Part shown: positions 8,093 through 14,360 of the stretch, in pieces | How positions within the stretch are numbered: the first letter of the stretch is position 1 | Layout of the letters: each line of letters opens with the position of its first letter | Assembly: GCF_006345805.1 (NCBI RefSeq) | Contig: NW_021825863.1 | Coordinates: 1 to 14,360, forward strand | DNA from: Octopus sinensis | Lineage: Eukaryota | Direction: 5' to 3' | DNA: 14,360 nt | Notes under the pieces: model-generated | The model's database searches: none | Seen by the model: only the letters and a program-made list of their open reading frames with translations | What the model was told of the DNA's origin: nothing | Program-made: the position numbers and the translations under genes

Positions 8093-8765
8093 TTAATTTA
8101 TTATATAGAAGGAGCTTCTACAGGACTAGAACTGTTCATTCAAGAGAAATCTTCAGGAAGCTAGTTAACAAGAATGTTATATGGCATTATACATTTAGGC
8201 AGGTTTAAAGGAGTGTTGGTGGGGGGACTTTTTGGGGTAGGCATAGCGCAAAAAAATCATACTTGGGGGAGTGGTCAAGGAGTCAGTGTTAAATTAGATA
8301 GGAGAAAAATAAAAAATAAAAAATAAAAAATAAAAAAATAAAAAATAAACAAAATATAAAAAAATAAAAATAAAAATAAAAAAAATAAAAAAATAAAAAA
8401 TAAAATATATATATTATATATATTATATATATATATATATATATAAAGGGGGAATAGAGTTTTAGGTAAATAAGGAGATTCTCACTTATACCCCTACACA
8501 TACACACATAATAACTCACACATACATATACATATCTACACATACACATATATATGTATACATACACACACTCACTGCATACACGTATACCACATGTATA
8601 TATACACACACGACCACACATACATATACACACAGAAAAGTATATATATACACACATACACACACATACTCACATACACGCATACACACACAAATCCATA
8701 CACACACATGCACACACAGCACACTAGTCCCTATATACACATATATACACATACACACATATATA
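8093..8765 (-). repeat. Inverted copy of the element's 3' end (pLTR arm)
   Basis: Reverse complement of ~12700-13377, including the unique islands ggactagtgtgctg, gtataagtgagaatctcc and ctgactccttgaccactccccc, and the HHR. Confidence 0.95.
8113..8162 (-). ncRNA. Type I hammerhead motif, family A (reads GAACAG, one A short)
   Basis: Minus strand reads AGCUUC-CUGAAGA-UUUC UCUU GAAU-GAA-CAG UUCUAGUC CUGU-A/GAAGCU. Confidence 0.7.
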
Positions 8766-10645
8766 AACATCAAATTCAGGAGAGTCAACTTACCTTTCCA
8801 AACGGAACTGAATGAGAAGCTTTCGAAAATGAAAAGCTCCAAGAACCTCCATGTCCCTTCGGACAAGACAAAAAATATTTACGCGGTGACTCCGGACACC
8901 TACAACAGACTAGCCGATAACGCCATCACAGCTAAGTACAAGAAAGTAGACGACGCAGCGCTAACTGAAACCAATTTAGCCGGGAAGTGATTGCCACCTC
9001 CCTTAAAATCGATGACCGAACCGAACCCCTGAGGGTGAAGTCCCCCACACTTCACCCTGAAGGACCACAAAGACCATTTCGAAAAATAAACCGTCGGTCC
9101 GTTTGATTAACCCAACCAAGTCTGACATCGGATCCGTCAGCAAGAAGATCCTGGACAGGATTTACCAAAAATGCGTGAAGCTTCACCCCTTCCACTCTGG
9201 AATAGGACCTCCGAGGCAATAACCTGGTTCCAGGATTTACCTGATAAAAGCAACACCCGATTCCTACAACTGGATATCGAGGATTACTACGCCTCCATAT
9301 CGGAGAGCTTGCTGATCGACGCGATTAACTTCGCCAGGAGGTCTTCCACCATCACCGAGGTCGAGCAAGATGTGATACTCCACGCACGTAAGACTTTTCT
9401 TTCTATGACGGATCCCACTGGATCAACAAAAATCTGTGACCCCCTTCGACGTCAGCATGGGTGCTAACGACTCTGCTGAAATAAGTGACCTAGTGGCCTT
9501 TTCATCCTCCATAGGCTGAAAACCCTATTCACAGGCCTCTCGGTGGTCTTTACCGCGATGACGGCCTTTTCGCCCTCCACAAAGTAAACCCAGGACCACG
9601 GATGGGTTCCGGAAAAATCTTTACACCTTCTTTTAAAAACTTAGGCCTTAGGATTACCTTAGAATCCAAATAACTAAAGCTAACTTCCTTGATGTCACCC
9701 TCGACTTAAAAACCTCACTTTATTACCCGTACCACAAACCGAATGAATCCCTTAAATATATAGATATTAATTCCAACCACCCCAAAAATATATTAGATAA
9801 CCTAGTTAAAAGTGTCTCAATTAGAATTTTAGCCTGTCCGCACGGAAGATATCTTTAAGGCCGCAGCCCCCTATTACAACGAGGCCCTGGCCCGCAGTGC
9901 TTCAAAGATAAGATTACCTATACTAGTATAGCCCCACGCCAACCTAGGAAAAATAGACGAGACACATTAGCTGGTACAACCCCCCCTTCAACCGTGAGGT
10001 CGCTACACCTGTAGCTAAAATCTTCTTCACTCTCCTACAGAAACACTTCCCCACCCAACATAAGTACTACACTATCCTAAATAAGAACACTATTAGACTC
10101 TCCTACTCTACCACGCCCAATCTAGCCAGGAACCTAGCAACAACAATGTGAAAAAACTTAACATACCTACTTTTTCCGAGGCCCATCCAACGTCCGATAG
10201 CAATTGCAACTGCCCTGATAAAACTACCTGCCCCCTCAACAACAACTGCCTACAGAGGGACCTAGTATATACATGCGAGGTAAGATCAGGCCCTGACGAT
10301 AAAGAAAATCCTACATAGGAATGACGTCAAACAGCTTTAAGACCGTTGGTACGCACACACACACTCGTTCCGGCGACAGGATAAATCCAACCAAACTACC
10401 CTCGCCGCCCACATCTGGTACCTTAAAAGGAATTCCATCCCCTTCAAGACCAAGTGGAAACTACTACAGAAGGCGCGCTCGTACACAGGAGGCCATACCT
10501 GCTGTGACCTCTGCATATCGGAGAGCCTAGAGATCTTGTTCGCAAAGGCCCTCTCCTTAACAAAATCTCAGAACACTCCCCAAATTGTATGCATATGAAG
10601 TATGCGAACTACAAGAACTATAGACCTACCCGGCAACCAGATTGA
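8763..10645 (+). pseudogene. Penelope-like RT-GIY-YIG polyprotein, N-terminally truncated, many +/-1 frameshifts as sequenced
   Basis: Manually joined frames give DKTKNIY, FTLKDHKD..ENKPSVRLINPTKSDIG, LDIEDYYASI (D at 9273), FDVSMGANDSAEISDL, GLYRDDGL (9545-9568), NFLDVTLDL, YHKPN, SNHP, WYNPPF, CNC-x5-CPL-x3-C (10205-10249), LVY..YIG (10312-10320), HIW, CDLC..E, LNK..CMH, and TGA at 10643-10645. Confidence 0.92.
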
Positions 10646-10729
10646 TGACACCCCACCACAAACCCCCCAATCCCACCGTTCCCCTAGCACCCCCGATTAC
10701 CTTTTCTCCTAAGACCTTTCACATATTGT

Positions 10730-11448
10730 ATGTGCACGCTTGTAGATGTGTATCGTATATATGTATAGAAAGTATGGGTATAGTAGGATTATACGCAGGT
10801 ATTATGTGTGTGTGTGCGTGTATGTATGTAAAAAAATATAGATGTGTGTATAGATATATATATATATATATATATATATATCTATATATATATATATATT
10901 ATTATATATATGTATGTGCTGTGTGTGTGTGTGTGTGTGTGGTATATATGTATAGATGTATGTATGTATGTATATATGTATATTTGTGTGTATGCATATG
11001 TATGTGAAATATGTATGTGTGTATGTATATATATGTGTGTAAGTGTGTGTATATATGTAAATGTAAGTGTGTGTGCTTGTGAGAATGTATGTATGTTTGC
11101 ACACATGTGTATATATATGTGTGTGTATGTGTGTGTGTATGTATATGTGTGTATATATATATATATATAATATATAATATTATAATATATATATATATAC
11201 ATATATATATATTTGTGTATATATGTGTATGTAATATATGTGTATGTGAGTGTGTGTGTATACATGTGTGTATGTGTATGTATGTATGTATATATAGGTG
11301 TGCATGGGTATATGTATATGTACATATGCGCGTACGCTCGTGTGTTATGTATGTGTAGGTACGTAGAGTTATCTATGTGTGTATTTATATGTACATGTGT
11401 AAGTATGTATATATATGTATGTATGTGTATGTATATGTATGTATGGTG

Positions 11449-11504
<56 letters not shown>

Positions 11505-11713
11505 GTATGTGTATATGTAGGTGTATGTGTGTATGTATATATTTATATTTATATATATATGTGTGTATATATGTATATAGTTGGGTGTGTGTATAATATA
11601 TATATATTATATATATAGATATATATATACTATATGTATGTATGTGTGTATGTGTATATGTAGGTGTATGTGTGTATGTATATATTTATTTAATATATAT
11701 GTGTGTATATATG

Positions 11714-11745
<32 letters not shown>

Positions 11746-12121
11746 TTATATATCTATGTGTGTAAGTTTATTATATGTATGTATCCGTCTATATAATAGG
11801 TAACTGCACGTACTATACTTAATATTATTTTTTGAGTATGCATGTATGAATAACTGCGCGTATTATATTTACTATTTACTTAGTTTTTGAGTATGCATGT
11901 TAGTATGAATATAATATATGTATATATGTACATATATATATATATATATATATAATATATATTATATATATATATATATATGGTATGTATGTATATGTGT
12001 ACATGTATGTTTTGTATGTAGGTGTACATGTATGTGTGTGTATTTATATTTATTGTGTGTATATGTATAGACTAGCCTTCTAAGAGTGTAGACATGAATC
12101 TGTAGGTACGCGTATATATAT

Positions 12122-12178
<57 letters not shown>

Positions 12179-12700
12179 GTAGGTTGTATGTAGGTGTGTA
12201 TGTTGTGTGTGTATTTATATTTATGGTGGTGTATATGTATAGACTAGCCTTCTAAGAGTGTAGACATGAATCTGTAGGTACGCGTACGTATGTGTATATA
12301 CGTGACTGTATGTAGATGATGTATGTATGAATATAACGCGTGCGTGCGTGTATGCGTATGAGTGTACGAATGAGTGAGTGTACGTGATGCTAAAGAGTGT
12401 GCGTGAGTGAATGAGTAATTGTTTTCCAGTAGACGGATAAATGGTCTGGCTGTCATAGCCAAGATGTTTGTGACCAAGCGGCCAAGATAACAAAAGTAAT
12501 AAACGAAGATAATAAAATTAAATTAGGAATGGGTCTGTATTTGTATATGTATATATATATGTGTGTATGTGTAGGTATGCATGGGTACACATATGTATAT
12601 ATATGTGTATATATAGATATATGTGTATGTATATATATGTGTATATGTATGTGTATGTATGTATATATATGTGTATGTATGTGTATGTGGGGTGTTATAA
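10730..12700 (+). repeat. Long low-complexity TG/TA-rich 3' region of the PLE with internal duplications
   Basis: Cryptic dinucleotide repeats with short unique islands; 12059-12114 is duplicated at 12231-12286. Confidence 0.85.
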
Positions 12701-13377
12701 TATGTGGTATGTGTATATATGTGTATATAGGGACTAGTGTGCTGTGTGTGCATGTGTGTGTATGGATTTGTGTGTGTATGCGTGTATGTGAGTATGTGTG
12801 TGTATGTGTGTATATATATACTTTCTCTGTGTATATGTATGTGTGGTCGTGTGTGTATATATACATGTGTGTATACGTGTATGCAAGTGAGTGTGTGTAT
12901 GTATACATATATATGTGTATGTGTAGATATGTATAGTATGTGTAGTGTATATATGTGTGTATGTGTAGGGGTATAAGTGAGAATCTCCTTATTTACCTAA
13001 AACTCTATTCCCCCTTTATATATATAATATATATATAATATATATATATCTATCTATATATATATAAATATATATTTTTATTTATTTTTTTTTATTTATT
13101 TTTTTTTTTATTTTTATTTTTTTTATATTTTTTTATTTTTATTTTTTATTTTTTATTTTTATTTTTATTTATTCTCCTATCTATTTAACACTGACTCCTT
13201 GACCACTCCCCCAAGTATGATTTTTGCGCTATGCCTACCCCAAAAAGTCCCACCAACACTCCTTTAAACTGCCTAAAGTATAAATGCCAATACAATTCTT
13301 GTTAACTAGCTTCCTGAAGATTTCTCTTGAATGAACAGTTCTAGTCCTGTAGAAGCTCCTTCTATATAATAAATTAA
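12700..13377 (+). repeat. 3' pLTR arm of the PLE
   Basis: Reverse complement of 8093-8765. Confidence 0.95.
13308..13357 (+). ncRNA. Type I hammerhead motif, family A (reads GAACAG, one A short)
   Basis: AGCUUC-CUGAAGA(13314-13320)-UUUC UCUU GAAU-GAA-CAG UUCUAGUC CUGU-A(13351)/GAAGCU. Confidence 0.7.
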
Positions 13378-13531
13378 TATATATATATATATATATATAC
13401 CATATATATATATATAATATATACATATATTCATACATACATACATACATACATACATGCATATATATATATATATAGGTATAGTATATATATATATTAT
13501 ATATAATACATTACATATTAATATATATATA
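13378..13531. repeat. (AT)n/(ACAT)n microsatellite flank
   Basis: Visible array. Confidence 0.95.
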
Positions 13532-13539
13532 GGGGGGTT

Positions 13540-13740
13540 GGCCTCCCCACACCGCTTGACAACTAGTGCTGGTGTGTTTACGTCGCATAACTTCATGGTT
13601 CAGCAAAAGATACCGTTAGAACAAGTATCAGGCTTTAAAAATATTGAGTATCAGGGTCGATTCATTCGACTAAAAAATTCTTGAAGGCAGTGCTCCAGCA
13701 AGGCCGCAGTCCAGTGAGTGAAACAAGAGATAGAACGATA
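13540..13740 (+). mobile_element. 3' half of CORE-type SINE
   Basis: cgcttgacaac..gctggtgtgtttacgtc...gggtcgatt...ggcagtgctccagcaaggccgcagt aligns to the reverse complement of 5894-6060. Confidence 0.75.
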
Positions 13741-13760
13741 CATATATTTCGTAGTGGTGA

Positions 13761-14186
13761 GGCCAACCGGTTAACCGGCCAACCGGTCAACTGGCCAACC
13801 GGTCTACCGGGCTACTGGCTAAGCGACCGACCGGCCAACCGGCTATTTGGCCAAACAGCCAAACGGCTATTTGACCAACCGGCCAACCACGCAACTGGTC
13901 AACCGGTCAACCGGCCAATCAGCCCACCTGCCCACCGAACTATCGGCCGACCAGCCAACCGGTCAACTGGCCAACCGGTCTACCGGGCTACTGGCCAACC
14001 GACCGATCGGCCAACTGGCTGTTTGGCCAACCAGCCAACCGGCCAACCAACCAACCGGTCAATCGGTCAGCCGGACAACCGGCCAACCGAACAATCGGCC
14101 GGCCAGCCAACCGGTCAACCGGCCAACCGGCCAACCGAACTATCGGCCGACCAGCCAACCGGTCAACCGGTCAACCGCCCAACCAC
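13761..14186. repeat. GC-rich 8-bp minisatellite, consensus (C/T)CAACCGG
   Basis: About 53 degenerate units, with higher-order blocks at offsets 176 and 200 (both multiples of 8). Confidence 0.9.
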
Positions 14187-14360
14187 CTGTTGAGCTCGAT
14201 CTTGATCAAGATGTTTATGTCGTAAAATGTTATCATTCCAGAACGGAAATAATAGTAAATCACAGGTGTAATGTGTTTACTACGTGAAATCTATCGAAGC
14301 GAAAATCGATCAACAAATTCTTCTGTTGTTTACAACTCTTCATTGATTCCTGCCAGAAAT

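Larger units (their letters stand above)
8027..13377 (+). mobile_element. 5'-truncated, 5'-inverted Penelope-like retroelement (Naiad-like)
   Basis: RT plus GIY-YIG frame; inverted arms 8093-~8765 and ~12700-13377, each with an HHR; extra 66-nt tail at 8027-8092; (TA)n on both flanks. Confidence 0.9.

Noticed and set aside
10293-10310. CTGACGA...GAAA inside the GIY-YIG coding region
   Set aside because: No stem II or stem I; chance match in coding sequence.
10200-10648. Selenoprotein-type recoding (in-frame UGA at conserved Cys plus SECIS), known in some Naiad elements
   Set aside because: All conserved Cys codons I can place are TGC/TGT. The terminal TGATGA follows the last motif, and the downstream C-rich sequence shows no SECIS-like stem by eye.
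13681-14287. 170-aa and 146-aa Pro/Gln/Thr-rich repeat ORFs
   Set aside because: Arise in multiple frames from the 8-bp minisatellite, and the first starts inside a SINE.

Overview
Repeat-dense, gene-free animal DNA, very probably from Octopus (inferred from the tRNA-derived SINE families and TA/TG microsatellite load). No host gene is supported, and nearly all supplied ORFs are microsatellite read-throughs. The main feature is a 5'-truncated Penelope-like retroelement (PLE, Naiad-like) at about 8027-13377. It has a frameshifted RT + GIY-YIG frame (8763-10645, +) and ~670-bp inverted arms, each carrying a type I hammerhead ribozyme (HHR) motif. I read 8 HHR motifs of 4 sequence families in the window. 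Two ORF-less fold-backs (1591-1792, 3096-3559) each hold twin hammerheads on opposite strands pointing outward, set in (TA)n. One HHR (6714-6764) has a core reading GUGAACA, a compensatory G3-C8 swap of the normally conserved C3-G8 pair. The rest is six SINE copies or fragments (one flanked by a direct repeat of at least 127 bp), a decayed CR1/L2-type LINE 3' end, microsatellites and an 8-bp GC-rich minisatellite. All folds and alignments were done by eye, and no ribozyme activity is demonstrated.
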